The notes beneath the pieces are model-generated. The model was not told where the DNA came from. It searched no databases and worked only from the letters and a program-made list of their open reading frames with translations. The translations under genes were made by a program, and so were the position numbers. 47,919 bases of DNA, taken from a virus (Duplodnaviria; Caudoviricetes). Position 1 is the stretch's first letter, and every line of letters starts with the position of its first letter. The DNA is taken from positions 1 to 47,919 of IMG/VR virus record IMGVR_UViG_3300038315_001939; one strand, given 5' to 3'. Below, in pieces: positions 33,854 to 44,226 of this stretch.

Positions 33854-35080
33854 ATGCCTTTTGAAGATGAAGTGCGTGATGGGCTCTGGCGCGGTGTGTC
33901 CATGATGGTCCGTTCGGTCCGTCTTTCTTCGGGGCGGCGTGGGCCGACGGTGGAGCGCCCGAACCGGGATGATGCAGATACGCAGGACCTTGGGCGTAAA
34001 GTTCGGAGATTTAATGTCGACTGCTTTGTTCTGACCATCGATGGTTTTGACGCGCGCGACCAATTGGTTGCTGCGCTCGGAAAAGAAGGTCCGGGAACTT
34101 TCGTGGATCCGTTTGGCGGTCTGACTTCCGAGCGATGGGTAAGGGTCGCTGATTTTGACGTATCCAACAGTTTCGAGGCTGAAGGTATTGCTAATTTCTC
34201 TATCGTCTTTGAGGAAGTTGGCGAGAATGCGGAGCCGGGATTTACACCGGGCCGCGTTTCCAATGTCTATCAGCTTGGTGTGCAATCCTCTGCGCTGTCA
34301 TTTGCAGCGAGTGCCGCCTTCGTCAACCGCTATATCACGGATGGCATGCCGGGATTTGTTCGCGAAGCCGGGGCGGAGGTTATCGGATCGCTGGCCGATC
34401 AGGTTGGTGGTCAGCTTTTTACCGCTATCGGTGTCGATGCGTCGATGCAGGATGCAATCGACGGGATCGGTGCGGTTGGCCTTACGGCGATGACCGGTGG
34501 GGGTGTTGATATTGCAAGCGGGATATCGTCCGGCTTTGCGTTGTTGTCATCCTCGTTCCCTGATGTTGCGGACGGGGTGAATGGCTTTCTTTCGCTATCG
34601 GCATTCGAGGCCGCAGGCGTGGATGTTCCGGTATTGACTGCAACCCGGCAGGTGGAGGCGGTAAACCGGACGGCCCTTGGTGCGCTGATACGGCGAACAG
34701 CAATTTCGGCAGCGGCGGAACTGCTGCCGCAATACACGTTCGTTTCATATGATCAGGCGGCTGAAATAACCGGCCAGTTTCTTGATGTCATCGACCGTGA
34801 AATGGATCGCGCAGGCGGGAATGTCGCCGGTGAGAGTGACGCCGGTGTGTTTTCCGCGTTGGCATCGGTTCGAACGTCGGTCGTCGATTACACGCGCGAG
34901 GCTGGTGCGGGCAAAGCAAAGACAATAAGCGATATGCCTTGGCTGACCGAGGCATCGGTCGTCACGGCGCATCGCCTTTATGGTGACGCGCGCCGTGCGT
35001 CTGAAATCGTTACGCGCAACGGTATTGCGCATCCGAACATGGTCCCGTCGTGGTCACCGATCGAGGTTCTTGATGGCTGA
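33854..35080 (+). CDS. DNA circularization protein (Mu gpN-like)
   Basis: WRGV...GRR....E.P.RD...DLG; GPGTFVDPFG; AHRLYGDARRA..I..RN.I.HP. Confidence 0.9.
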   Translation: MPFEDEVRDGLWRGVSMMVRSVRLSSGRRGPTVERPNRDDADTQDLGRKVRRFNVDCFVLTIDGFDARDQLVAALGKEGPGTFVDPFGGLTSERWVRVADFDVSNSFEAEGIANFSIVFEEVGENAEPGFTPGRVSNVYQLGVQSSALSFAASAAFVNRYITDGMPGFVREAGAEVIGSLADQVGGQLFTAIGVDASMQDAIDGIGAVGLTAMTGGGVDIASGISSGFALLSSSFPDVADGVNGFLSLSAFEAAGVDVPVLTATRQVEAVNRTALGALIRRTAISAAAELLPQYTFVSYDQAAEITGQFLDVIDREMDRAGGNVAGESDAGVFSALASVRTSVVDYTREAGAGKAKTISDMPWLTEASVVTAHRLYGDARRASEIVTRNGIAHPNMVPSWSPIEVLDG

Positions 35081-36167
35081 TTCACCTGAAATCGAGCTGG
35101 ATGGCAAGATTTACGACGACTGGCAGAAATGCTCGTTCAATTTTTCGATCAGCGATATTGCCAATTCCTTTGCATTGACTACGCCGGATTTCACGCCGGA
35201 TCACGGCGAAGATATGGCTGTAAAAGCCCGGTTTGGTGATCACGAATTGCTGACTGGCTGGCTTGAGGAAGTCGACAATTCGACCGTGCCTGATCAGGAA
35301 GGAACCCGCCTGAGTGGGCGGTCAAAGGCGGGTGATCTGGTCGATTGTTCGGCGATCGTGCCGGGTGGGGAATATCATAATCTGTCACTGCTTGAAGCCT
35401 GCGCCGGTCTTTGTAAGCCGTTTGGTATCGGGGTGTCGGCGCTTGTTGATGTTGGCGATCGGTTTGATCGGATCAAGATCGAACAAGGCGAGGAAGTCGG
35501 TCAGGTGATTGACCGGATTTGCCGCGAGCGTGGCCTGATGGCTTGGTCGGTGGGTTCCGGCGATATCGTTCTTGGTCGTCCGGGTTTCGCGCGGGCTCAA
35601 ACGGATCTTCGGTACCGATATACGGGGTCCGGTCAGCTTCGAAGCGATAATAACATTATCGAGTTGTCGGCCAAACTGACCAAAGCCAACCGGCATTCGA
35701 AGCTGATCATGCGGTCGCAGGGGCAAACAAGTGATGATGATTTTGGTATTGCCGCCGCCCAGTCCGAGGCCGCGGCGGTCGATGACGCAGTTCGTCGGTA
35801 TCGACCCAAAGTATTGACGTCGGATGGGGCAGGGTCGTCTGATCAGCTTCGCCAGCGTGTTAATTGGGAAATGGCACGTCGTATCGGTAAATCAACCGCC
35901 ATCACATATCAATGCGAAGGCTGGCAACAGGTTCCGGGCGGGGACATCTGGCGCCCCGGGTTGCTGGTTGCTGTCGAAGATCAGAAAAACAAGATCGCCG
36001 AGGAAATGCTGATCGTTTCGGTGGGGCTGACGCTTGATGAAGACAAGGGCGGTTATCGCACATCCCTGTCGGTTGAGCCGCCCGCTGCTTGGGTGCCAAA
36101 GCCGAACTTTGAAAAGGCTGACGGGGATGCGCAATATGCGGCACTTCGCCGCGCGGTAAGGGGTTAA
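35073..36167 (+). CDS. Baseplate hub (Mu gpP-like)
   Basis: GRSKAGDLVDCS; RYRP; GW...WRPG. Confidence 0.9.
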   Translation: MADSPEIELDGKIYDDWQKCSFNFSISDIANSFALTTPDFTPDHGEDMAVKARFGDHELLTGWLEEVDNSTVPDQEGTRLSGRSKAGDLVDCSAIVPGGEYHNLSLLEACAGLCKPFGIGVSALVDVGDRFDRIKIEQGEEVGQVIDRICRERGLMAWSVGSGDIVLGRPGFARAQTDLRYRYTGSGQLRSDNNIIELSAKLTKANRHSKLIMRSQGQTSDDDFGIAAAQSEAAAVDDAVRRYRPKVLTSDGAGSSDQLRQRVNWEMARRIGKSTAITYQCEGWQQVPGGDIWRPGLLVAVEDQKNKIAEEMLIVSVGLTLDEDKGGYRTSLSVEPPAAWVPKPNFEKADGDAQYAALRRAVRG

Positions 36168-36171
36168 TTGC

Positions 36172-36804
36172 ATGTCTGATGGCCTGTTTCAGCGGCTTTC
36201 GCGTCGCGTGGAAAACATGCTCTTTCGGGCGGTTATCCGGTATGCCAAGCAGACCAGCCGGGGCGGGGCGATCATTGCACAGGTCGCGGGGCGATCCGGT
36301 GACACGCTTGATGATGTGGTTGTTTTCGAGGGTTATGGGTTTAGCCATCGGCCCCTGCCTGCTGACGCGAATGGGCAGGGTGCGGAAACGATCGTATTGC
36401 AGCTAGAGCGCAATATGGCTGTCGCCCTGCCGCCAATGGATCGTCGTCACCGGTCGAAGTCTGGTGTCGTCGAGCCGGGTGAGGTCGGTCTTTATGATGA
36501 TCAGGGGCAGCGCATAACCCTTAAAAGAGGTCGTAAAATCATAATTGATGGGGCTGATTTCCTTGATGTGTTGATCGCGACAAAGGTGCTGGTTAATTGC
36601 CCGGATGTTGAATTCACCGGAAATGTGAAAATTGGTGGCAACCTAGAAGTTGCCGGATCAACCGTCGTTGGTGGCGATATCACCGATCAGGCCGCATCCG
36701 GTAATGCGCGAACCGTCGCGGGTATGCGCGAGGTTTATAACGATCACAACCATCCTGAAAACGACAATAACGGTCCAACCGGCCCGCCTAATCAGGGGAT
36801 GTAA
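36172..36804 (+). CDS. Baseplate spike (Mu gp45-like)
   Basis: YGFSHRP, GEVGLYDDQG, C-terminal HNH.E metal-binding tip. Confidence 0.9.
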   Translation: MSDGLFQRLSRRVENMLFRAVIRYAKQTSRGGAIIAQVAGRSGDTLDDVVVFEGYGFSHRPLPADANGQGAETIVLQLERNMAVALPPMDRRHRSKSGVVEPGEVGLYDDQGQRITLKRGRKIIIDGADFLDVLIATKVLVNCPDVEFTGNVKIGGNLEVAGSTVVGGDITDQAASGNARTVAGMREVYNDHNHPENDNNGPTGPPNQGM

Positions 36805-36806
36805 CT

Positions 36807-37298
36807 ATGTCCAATCTGCATACCGACATGGCGATCCGTTATGACACGGATCGGCGCCGGTTCGACCTGGCTTTGTTAACAGGTGAAACGCCGACCATTC
36901 AAACCGATCACGGTTTGGAAACCGCCGTCAACGCGGCCCTCTTTACCGATGGTCGCGCCCGCGAAGATGATGTTTTGCCAGACGGGACAGATCGTCGTGG
37001 TTTCTGGGGCGAGGCTTGGCCGTCCGTCGGTGGCTTCAAATTGGGGTCGCGCCTGTGGCTTCTGGATCGCGAAATCATCACCAGTCAGACGGTTGCGCGT
37101 GTTCGGGAATATGGCACTGAGGCATTGCAGTTTTTAACGAAAATCGGTGTCGCGCAGTCCGCCGTGTTTGATGCCGTTCGGGATCGTAATGCGGGCCGGT
37201 GGGTGATCTCTGGCCATGCGGTAATCAAGCGGCCCACGGGGCAGATTTTTGAGCGGCGCTATGCTGATATTTGGCAGTGGATGGATCGCAATTCATGA
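36807..37298 (+). CDS. Baseplate protein (Mu gp46-like)
   Basis: LFTD.RA, RGFWG, GSRLWLL. Confidence 0.9.
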   Translation: MSNLHTDMAIRYDTDRRRFDLALLTGETPTIQTDHGLETAVNAALFTDGRAREDDVLPDGTDRRGFWGEAWPSVGGFKLGSRLWLLDREIITSQTVARVREYGTEALQFLTKIGVAQSAVFDAVRDRNAGRWVISGHAVIKRPTGQIFERRYADIWQWMDRNS

Positions 37299-38389
37299 AC
37301 AAGTTGACCGGTTTCACAGTCCCGACCTTTGAGGCCCTTCGCGGGCAATCCGGGTCGCATTACGAGGCGCGTCTGGGGCAGGGCGTCACGCTCGGACAGG
37401 GGCCGGTTGCCGTCATGCCATACATCGATGGCATGCTGGCGAACGGCGCTTATGGCTACCTTGATCATATTGCATCTCAGACGATGGTTCTCTGGGCGAC
37501 GGGTGAAAATCTGGATGGTCACGGTTTTACATTTGACGTGAAACGTATTCAGGCATCTCGCGCGACGGGCAATGTCATCTTTAGTGGAGTTGCCGGGGCG
37601 GGTATTGATGCCAATCAGGTGCTTCGGGATTCGGCTGGTGTCGAGTTCAAGGTGATTGATGGTGTGGTTCTGGATGAAGCCGGTCAGGCTGTTGCGAATG
37701 TGAAAGCTTCCGTTCCGGGTGCTAACGGAAACCTTCTTGAAGGGGCTTCCCTTACCCTCGTTAACCCGGTTGATGGTGTTGATCCGGTTGCGACCGTTGC
37801 TGCTGGTGGTTTTGCGGGAGGGGCGGATAAGGAAAAGGACGGGCGCCCGGGTGTTATCGAGCACTATCGGGAAAGAATTCTAAAAGAAATTTCCATGCCG
37901 CCGCATGGCGGTGCCGGTGGCGATTATGAAAAATGGGCCAAGGAAGTTCCCGGCGTTACCCGTGTTTGGGTTGCGCGCCGCGAAATGGGCATGGGGACGG
38001 TCACTGTTCGCTTCATGATGGATGTTCTGCGGGCGTCCGATGGTGGTATTCCAACGGCGGCTGATGTTGCGCTGGTTCAATCCTATATTGATGCGCGCCG
38101 TCCAACCACTGCCGATGTTTATGTTGTGGCGCCAATTCCGAAGTCGCTGGCGATTACTATCATGGGGCTTGATCCGGATACGCCTGCGGTTCGCAGTTCA
38201 ATAACCGCCGAGCTTCTTGACATGATCTTCCGTCGTGGTCAGCCCGGGGTGACTTTAAGTCGAAGCTGGATCACTGAAGCAATTGCGATTTCTGCAGGTG
38301 AGGGGCGGCACAAGGTTACTGCTCCTGCCGACGATGTGGCACATGCGATCGGCGAAATCCCGGTCCTTGGGGTGGTCAGTTATGATTGA
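37295..38389 (+). CDS. Baseplate J protein (Mu gp47-like)
   Basis: GGAD.E, PHGG...DYEKWAKEVPGVTR. Confidence 0.92.
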   Translation: MNKLTGFTVPTFEALRGQSGSHYEARLGQGVTLGQGPVAVMPYIDGMLANGAYGYLDHIASQTMVLWATGENLDGHGFTFDVKRIQASRATGNVIFSGVAGAGIDANQVLRDSAGVEFKVIDGVVLDEAGQAVANVKASVPGANGNLLEGASLTLVNPVDGVDPVATVAAGGFAGGADKEKDGRPGVIEHYRERILKEISMPPHGGAGGDYEKWAKEVPGVTRVWVARREMGMGTVTVRFMMDVLRASDGGIPTAADVALVQSYIDARRPTTADVYVVAPIPKSLAITIMGLDPDTPAVRSSITAELLDMIFRRGQPGVTLSRSWITEAIAISAGEGRHKVTAPADDVAHAIGEIPVLGVVSYD

Positions 38390-39035
38390 TGACAGGCTTG
38401 AGGCTTATGCCGATATTGTCGCATCGGCCATGCCCCCGGGTGCAGCTTGGCAGGGGTTTCGCGATTACGATGGGGTTGGCCGGGATTTCCTGCGTGCCAA
38501 GTGTTCGACATGGGTTGAAGTTGATCTGGCTGCTGACCGCTTGGTCATTGAAAGCCAGCCTGCGCGCGCCATCGAAATGCTGGCCGATCACGAAACTCAG
38601 GTCGGCCTGCCCGATTGTTGCTTCCAAACATCTGGCCTGCCGATCGAGGATCGCCGTGCTGCGGTTCTGACACGCTATCGGGCGCGTGGTGGTCAAAGCC
38701 CGGGCTACTTCATCGGGCTTGCCGAAACTCTCGGATATCAGACGGCAATTGTCGAATATCGTCCGTTCATGGTTGGCATAAGCCAGGTGGGCGGTGCCAA
38801 TACATCGGGAAACAAAGACAGCGTGCGCTATGACATGCTGGGCGCGACTGCTGATATGCGGGCGTGGTGGCGTATGCGCGTGCTGGGGCCGCGGGTGACG
38901 TGGTTCCGGGTCGGTGTCTCGACATTGGGTCAGGACCCGCTTGCGCGAATATCGCGCGCAGAAGATTTGGAATGTCTCTTGGGTCGGTACATGCCGGCCC
39001 ATTCTTTTTTGACCATGTCTTATGAAGGTGAGTGA
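38382..39035 (+). CDS. Baseplate wedge protein (Mu gp48 / YmfQ-like)
   Basis: PPGAAW, GLPD.C, GGQSPGYFI.LA..LGY, LEC....PAH. Confidence 0.9.
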   Translation: MIDDRLEAYADIVASAMPPGAAWQGFRDYDGVGRDFLRAKCSTWVEVDLAADRLVIESQPARAIEMLADHETQVGLPDCCFQTSGLPIEDRRAAVLTRYRARGGQSPGYFIGLAETLGYQTAIVEYRPFMVGISQVGGANTSGNKDSVRYDMLGATADMRAWWRMRVLGPRVTWFRVGVSTLGQDPLARISRAEDLECLLGRYMPAHSFLTMSYEGE

Positions 39036-39634
39036 TGCAGTATCAGCCGCCAGTTAATGGCAATCTTGCCGATCCCAATCGTCCTTACGTCAACCCGGAC
39101 CCGTCAAACAGTATAGAGGGTTCTGTTCCGCCTGCGGAGGCGATTGAGCATCCGATGCGCGAGATTGTTGAGGTGATTACCTATTTCCTCGGCACCGAGG
39201 CAAACCCGCTACCGGCGACCGAGGCTGATCTTCAGCAATTGCGCAAGGCGATCCAGCAGGCGGTTACGGATGGCACAAGCGATGCCTTGCGTCGCACTGT
39301 CTCAGCGACCCTTGGTGCTGGCTTCTGGACTACCCGCGTTCCGGCAACTCTTGCTGCAGGTGAAGTGTCGTTCAATCCGGCCCTTGGTAACCGCTTCACC
39401 CTGACCGCGACCGAGGCCCTGACCATCACGGCACCCGACCCGATGCCTGCCGGTGGTTCGGCGCGGTTGGAACTGACGATGGATGCTGTTGGAAATCACG
39501 GGATTGCTTGGGGGCCGGAATTCCGCATCAACAACGGTGCGATCAACAGCGAGCCGAACGCGGTCAACCTGATCCATATGGAATTCAGTGGTGCCGTGAT
39601 TGACGTGCATATCACCCAGCGGGCGGAGGCGTAA
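39032..39634 (+). CDS. Short proximal tail fibre / adaptor
   Basis: GS.PPAEAIEHPMREI and DLQQLRKAI baseplate-anchor motifs. Confidence 0.7.
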   Translation: MMQYQPPVNGNLADPNRPYVNPDPSNSIEGSVPPAEAIEHPMREIVEVITYFLGTEANPLPATEADLQQLRKAIQQAVTDGTSDALRRTVSATLGAGFWTTRVPATLAAGEVSFNPALGNRFTLTATEALTITAPDPMPAGGSARLELTMDAVGNHGIAWGPEFRINNGAINSEPNAVNLIHMEFSGAVIDVHITQRAEA

Positions 39635-39637
39635 TCA

Positions 39638-41950
39638 ATGTCGATCCTTTTTGATAACCCGCCCCCTGCCATCGGCTGTGGCGACCCCGGTGATCCGATT
39701 GATTTTGCATGTCTGTTTAATGGTTCATCGGCGACACCTGCCTATTTGCGTCGCGCGCCCGGCACCGCATCGCCGATCTATAAAATCGCAATTTCGGTGT
39801 GGGCCAAAACTGTTTTTTTCGGCGGTTCTGTCGGGCCGTTTCTCACCGCAGGGCTTTCCCCTGCTGCTTCACAATGGGTCATGTCAAACAACATCGGTCG
39901 GGGTGATGGCGGCGGCACCAATACAGCATCAATTGCACCATCGCATCGTGACCCGGCAGGTTGGGGCCACTACCTGATCAAGGCGAACGTAACGCCTGGA
40001 ACCGCACTTGCTGACCGTGCAGCTTTCACGGCGAACGGGGTCACATTCACTCTCGCGTCGAACCTGATGGATGATGGCGTAGCATTGCGGCTTCTTGACC
40101 CGCAGTACTGGCAGGCTATCGGCGCAAATTTGAATTCAAGCGGTTCCCTGATTGATGGGAACCAAAGCGTCTATGTTTCAGAGTTTATCGCGATTACGGG
40201 TGATGCTGTCGATGCCGTATCCGCTTACGATTTCGGCTACTTCAATTCTGATGGGGATTGGGTGCCTAAAGCCTTTTACGGCAAGGGGCTTGGTGCGGCT
40301 GTTTATGGAGCCAACGGTTGCCACCTCGATTTCGGTGATGCACTGGACCTTGGCAAAGATGTGTCCGGCAATGGCAACCATTTCACAGCCGTTGGCCTGA
40401 CGGTCGATAATCAGTTCACGGATACCCCGACGAACAATTTCGCCGTTGGCAACCCGCTGGATGCGCCCACGCCAGCCGGGAGGATTTTGTCGGAAGGTAA
40501 CACAGCGTGGCAGCCCGCGCATAATCCGGGTGAAGGGCATATTGCCGCATCCATGCTAATCCCGGCTGGAAAATATTACTGGGAGGTTCTGGTCGAGACT
40601 GGCGCACCATTCTCACCCAGCACCATTGTTCCAGCTATCGGTTTCGCACATCGTTCTGTGGCTGTTAACGAAGCTAATGGGGCTGCCAATGGGCTTTTCC
40701 ACTATCATTCTAATGGCAATCTTGTTGCCAATCCATGGGGCACCGACAGTGGGTATCCGTCGTGGACTGTTGATGATGTTGTCTCGGTTGCGATTGACCG
40801 GGAAACCGGGGATTGCTGGTTTGCCAAAAACGGGGTCTGGATTTCCGGTGATCCGGTGGCTGGTACCGATCCGGCCTTTACCATCCCGGCAGACTGGCTT
40901 GACGGATTGCGGGCGTCTGTGCAGGACAGTGCGGCAAGCGGTGCAATCAAGGCAAAGGTCAATTTCGGTCAGTTCGCCTTTGACTATCCGGTGCCGGATG
41001 GCTTTCGGACGTTATCCACATCGGGTATGCCGTGCCCGGATATTATGAACCCGGATGATTATGTCACGACCCGCGAACGGGCTGGCGGTGCAGATATCAC
41101 AGACCTGCCTTGGAACCCGACCATCGGCAAAACCTTCCATATGGCAAAGCGCCTTGATGGTGTTTCGAACTTCCGGGTTTCCTGCACTGTCTTGGGCGAC
41201 AATCTTGCGATCAATTGCAATGTTGGCGGTGCCGAGGTCGCAAGCAGCCTTTCCTTCACGGCGGGCGGCATTTCGGTTGGTGCGGATGCGGAATATCAGG
41301 GGCAGGTTTTGCACCAATTCTGGCGGGCCAGCCCCAAGGCCGGTGCGGATTTTGTGGTAGTCGAACACGTCAACGGGACACCCACCGTCTTTGCGCAGGC
41401 CACTGGCGGGCTTTTCGACTATGCCGAGGTTTATCCGCTATCGGGTGGCAACATCCGGGTATTCCACAAGGATATGGCCGCAGGTGCGTATCTGATCCTC
41501 AATGACAAGGGGACCACCACCGATGCGGGCTGGCTCACCCGCACGGCCAACACGGGTACGCTTGGCGCGCAAATGGCATCCGGTCGATACCTGATCCGCA
41601 TGCATCGCATAGTGCCGCAATTCTGTGCTGTGACCAGCGGCAAGGGCACTGGTGTTGTCGATGGCATGTTCGTTCCAATGGATTTCGAACCGCGCATCTT
41701 CGTCGGCAAGGACGCATCGGACGGACTTTATAACTGGGCGATGTATTGCTCCGATATTTCATCGGGCAACCCGGTTTCCGATGCCTTGCGGTTCAACCTT
41801 GATACCGCCGTCGTTTCCGCTGTTCCCGTCGATATGAACAGCAGCGGCGTGAAGGCGCGAAACGCCGACAATTTCATCAACAAGCTGAACGCCACATACC
41901 GGTGCATTGCGTGGGCCAAAACGCCCGGCAAGTTCGCACGTGCGCGATAA
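39638..41950 (+). CDS. Putative receptor-binding protein with concanavalin-like / SPRY domains
   Basis: RDPAGW.H, NGCHLDF..LGKDVSGNGNHF, DTPTNNFA, GKYYWEV, NFGQ..F.YPVP.GF. Confidence 0.7.
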   Translation: MSILFDNPPPAIGCGDPGDPIDFACLFNGSSATPAYLRRAPGTASPIYKIAISVWAKTVFFGGSVGPFLTAGLSPAASQWVMSNNIGRGDGGGTNTASIAPSHRDPAGWGHYLIKANVTPGTALADRAAFTANGVTFTLASNLMDDGVALRLLDPQYWQAIGANLNSSGSLIDGNQSVYVSEFIAITGDAVDAVSAYDFGYFNSDGDWVPKAFYGKGLGAAVYGANGCHLDFGDALDLGKDVSGNGNHFTAVGLTVDNQFTDTPTNNFAVGNPLDAPTPAGRILSEGNTAWQPAHNPGEGHIAASMLIPAGKYYWEVLVETGAPFSPSTIVPAIGFAHRSVAVNEANGAANGLFHYHSNGNLVANPWGTDSGYPSWTVDDVVSVAIDRETGDCWFAKNGVWISGDPVAGTDPAFTIPADWLDGLRASVQDSAASGAIKAKVNFGQFAFDYPVPDGFRTLSTSGMPCPDIMNPDDYVTTRERAGGADITDLPWNPTIGKTFHMAKRLDGVSNFRVSCTVLGDNLAINCNVGGAEVASSLSFTAGGISVGADAEYQGQVLHQFWRASPKAGADFVVVEHVNGTPTVFAQATGGLFDYAEVYPLSGGNIRVFHKDMAAGAYLILNDKGTTTDAGWLTRTANTGTLGAQMASGRYLIRMHRIVPQFCAVTSGKGTGVVDGMFVPMDFEPRIFVGKDASDGLYNWAMYCSDISSGNPVSDALRFNLDTAVVSAVPVDMNSSGVKARNADNFINKLNATYRCIAWAKTPGKFARAR

Positions 41951-41964
41951 TCAGGAGACAGACC

Positions 41965-42633
41965 ATGACTGCGCTTTATGCGATTTGTGACGATCAGTGG
42001 GCTTTGGTCCGCACGGCCAGCAGCCCTATGGGGCTTAAGGCTAGCACTGGCTATTCATACAGCAATGCCGCCTTGGCATCGGTCGAGGATTTGCGGGAGA
42101 ACTTCGTGCTGGTGATCGATCAGGGCGACATCCCAGATCAGGAATGGCAGACGACTATCGGCAATCCGACCGTCGTGATCGATGGCGATCCGGAAGCCCC
42201 GGAAACCATGACGGCGACGCTGCAATACGCTACGCAGCCGATCAGCCTTGAGGCGGCAAAGGCGAAGCTCGAAAGCAAGGTCAAGGATTACAAATTCCAG
42301 CGGATGTCTGGCGGCATCACGTTTGATGTTGGTGGCACGGCCTATGTTGTGCAGACCGACGAACGTAGCCTTGCGCTTCTGGATCGCATCGCCAAGCGGG
42401 CCAACGCGAACCAGCTTGAAAGCGGCCAGGTCGTGCGCATGGCCGATAATTCAAGCCCGCTTCTAACCCAACAGCAGATCATTGATCTGGACCTTGCCGT
42501 TAGCGCGATGCTGTGTGACTGCACCGATGCGCAGACCGAACGCGAATACGCGATTGATGCCCTGCCTGACGATCTGCAGGCGCATATCGATTTTGACGTA
42601 ACTGCCGGGTTCCCGGCGTTTCCTGAGGCCTGA
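41965..42633 (+). CDS. Tail fibre-associated protein (DUF4376-like C-terminus)
   Basis: AGGAG RBS; GGI...QTDERS, MADN motifs. Confidence 0.65.
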   Translation: MTALYAICDDQWALVRTASSPMGLKASTGYSYSNAALASVEDLRENFVLVIDQGDIPDQEWQTTIGNPTVVIDGDPEAPETMTATLQYATQPISLEAAKAKLESKVKDYKFQRMSGGITFDVGGTAYVVQTDERSLALLDRIAKRANANQLESGQVVRMADNSSPLLTQQQIIDLDLAVSAMLCDCTDAQTEREYAIDALPDDLQAHIDFDVTAGFPAFPEA

Positions 42634-42649
42634 AAAGGAGTAATAGCCA

Positions 42650-43096
42650 ATGATTTTGATTATGCTGGCGGTGCTAATGTCCGCCGTCCTCTATCGGATG
42701 CCACGCGGCGGCGGGTTGGGGGTAGGGAAATCCACCGAGGGGGCTTTGATCTGGGCTGGGATGTCCGCTGGTATTTTCTGCGTGGTGCTTTCTGTTCCTT
42801 GGTGGTTTGCGCCTTTTGTCGCGGTGCTGTTAATGCTTGGCGAGGCGCTCGGTTGGTCGCAATGGTGGCCGGGGTCGAAAACGGCCAGCATTTGGCGGCT
42901 TTCGATGCGCGGTTTGTTGCTGCTCAATCCCCTGATGGGTCCGATTTATTTCGGGTGTCATCGGTATCGATCCCGGTTGCCCGTTTGGGGAAAATTCCTT
43001 GATGGCTGGACGTCCTATGCCGAGCTGCTATCTGGATTTGTTACGGCCTGCAGCTATGTGTTCATGACCTGGCTTATTGCCCGCTGGTTTATGTAA
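42650..43096 (+). CDS. Multi-pass membrane protein
   Basis: AAGGAG RBS; several hydrophobic segments. Confidence 0.7.
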   Translation: MILIMLAVLMSAVLYRMPRGGGLGVGKSTEGALIWAGMSAGIFCVVLSVPWWFAPFVAVLLMLGEALGWSQWWPGSKTASIWRLSMRGLLLLNPLMGPIYFGCHRYRSRLPVWGKFLDGWTSYAELLSGFVTACSYVFMTWLIARWFM

Positions 43097-43124
43097 GCCA
43101 GCCAAATACACGCCCGTTTCAGTA

Positions 43125-43148
43125 GGTCGCCAATCGGCGGCTTTTTTT
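43125..43148 (+). terminator. Intrinsic terminator
   Basis: GTCGCC-AATC-GGCGGC plus T7. Confidence 0.7.
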
Positions 43149-43174
43149 ATGCCTGAATGGTAGGGGGTGCCGGC

Positions 43175-43504
43175 ATGGACAAGCCGCCGCACGAGTTTGA
43201 GCCGCAATGGCTCGTAACGCTCAAATATTGGTGGCCGATCGCCGTGGTGGCGGTCGTGACGCGACTGGTTCGATATCGCGAGCATGTCGCAAAAAATCGG
43301 CAGAAATTCTGGCGTATGGACCTGATCTGGGAGTTGGTCATGGCGGGCCTTTGCGCCGTCGTGGCGGATGGTATTGCAACCCGCTTTGATCTTGATCGGT
43401 CGCAGGCTATTGCGGCTACGACAATTATTAGCTGGATAGGGCTTAAAGGGCTGCAAGCCATGTTGTTCGGCGGGTTTAAATCAGGAAATTCGAAAGGGGT
43501 CTGA
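43175..43504 (+). CDS. Putative holin
   Basis: About three hydrophobic segments; first gene of the lysis cluster. Confidence 0.6.
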   Translation: MDKPPHEFEPQWLVTLKYWWPIAVVAVVTRLVRYREHVAKNRQKFWRMDLIWELVMAGLCAVVADGIATRFDLDRSQAIAATTIISWIGLKGLQAMLFGGFKSGNSKGV

Positions 43505-43505
43505 C

Positions 43506-43745
43506 ATGGATCAGATTGCATATGTGGCACCGTCCATCGCGGCGGCGTCGGTCGTTCAACTCGTTCTGGCGCTGATCGCTTTTGTCATCGTGCGCTGGGT
43601 TCTCAAATGGCTCGACCGGATCATTGATTTTGATTTCAAGGGGTGGATTTCCAATGCGGAAGACGATGCTGTGTCTCGTTATCTTGGTAACCGGATTCTG
43701 GCCGTCTGCATCTTGGTCGGGCTTATTGTTTCCGGATCGCTTTGA
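43506..43745 (+). CDS. Small two-TM lysis-cluster protein (holin/antiholin candidate)
   Basis: Two TM segments; AAGGGG RBS; overlaps the endolysin start. Confidence 0.6.
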   Translation: MDQIAYVAPSIAAASVVQLVLALIAFVIVRWVLKWLDRIIDFDFKGWISNAEDDAVSRYLGNRILAVCILVGLIVSGSL

Positions 43746-44226
43746 TCATGAATTCCGCCAACATGCCGGTCGCTATTTGCCCGGTGTCGATTGGCGGTTG
43801 CTGAAAGCGCAATGCTATCAGGAAAGTCTATTGCGCCCGGATGCGGTGTCGCCGGTCGGTGCGCAGGGGCTTTGCCAATTTATGCCCGGGACGTGGCGAC
43901 AGGTTTCCGGGCAGCTCGATCTGCCGCCCAATGCGTCGGCCTTCATGCCGCAGCTCTCGATCAGGGCTGCGGCTTTTTATATGGCGGGGCTTCGCGGGCA
44001 ATGGTCGGCGAAGCGGCCTGAATGGGATCGGCATAGTCTGGCGCTGGCCAGTTACAATGCCGGTCTGGGGCATCTTCTTTCGGCCCAGCGTGCCTGTGGT
44101 GGTCCGCCGCTTTATCTGGAAGTCATCGCGTGCCTGCCCGATATCACCGGGCGGCATTCGCGTGAAACCATCACCTATGTTGACCGCATTTGGGGCTGGT
44201 ATCGGCAAATGATCGGGGGTGGATGA
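43654..44226 (+). CDS. Endolysin, SLT lytic transglycosylase with signal peptide
   Basis: QES, GAQGLCQFMP.T, ALASYNAG, ETITYV motifs; N-terminus MRKTMLCLVILVTGFWPSASWS. Confidence 0.9.
   Translation: MRKTMLCLVILVTGFWPSASWSGLLFPDRFDHEFRQHAGRYLPGVDWRLLKAQCYQESLLRPDAVSPVGAQGLCQFMPGTWRQVSGQLDLPPNASAFMPQLSIRAAAFYMAGLRGQWSAKRPEWDRHSLALASYNAGLGHLLSAQRACGGPPLYLEVIACLPDITGRHSRETITYVDRIWGWYRQMIGGG

Noticed and set aside
28878-39035. Mu-like transposable phage
   Set aside because: Only the tail is Mu-like. There is no transposase A/B, and a tyrosine integrase, tRNA att and cos site are present.
39638-42633. Diversity-generating retroelement or invertible tail-fibre segment
   Set aside because: No reverse transcriptase, template/variable repeat pair or invertase was seen.
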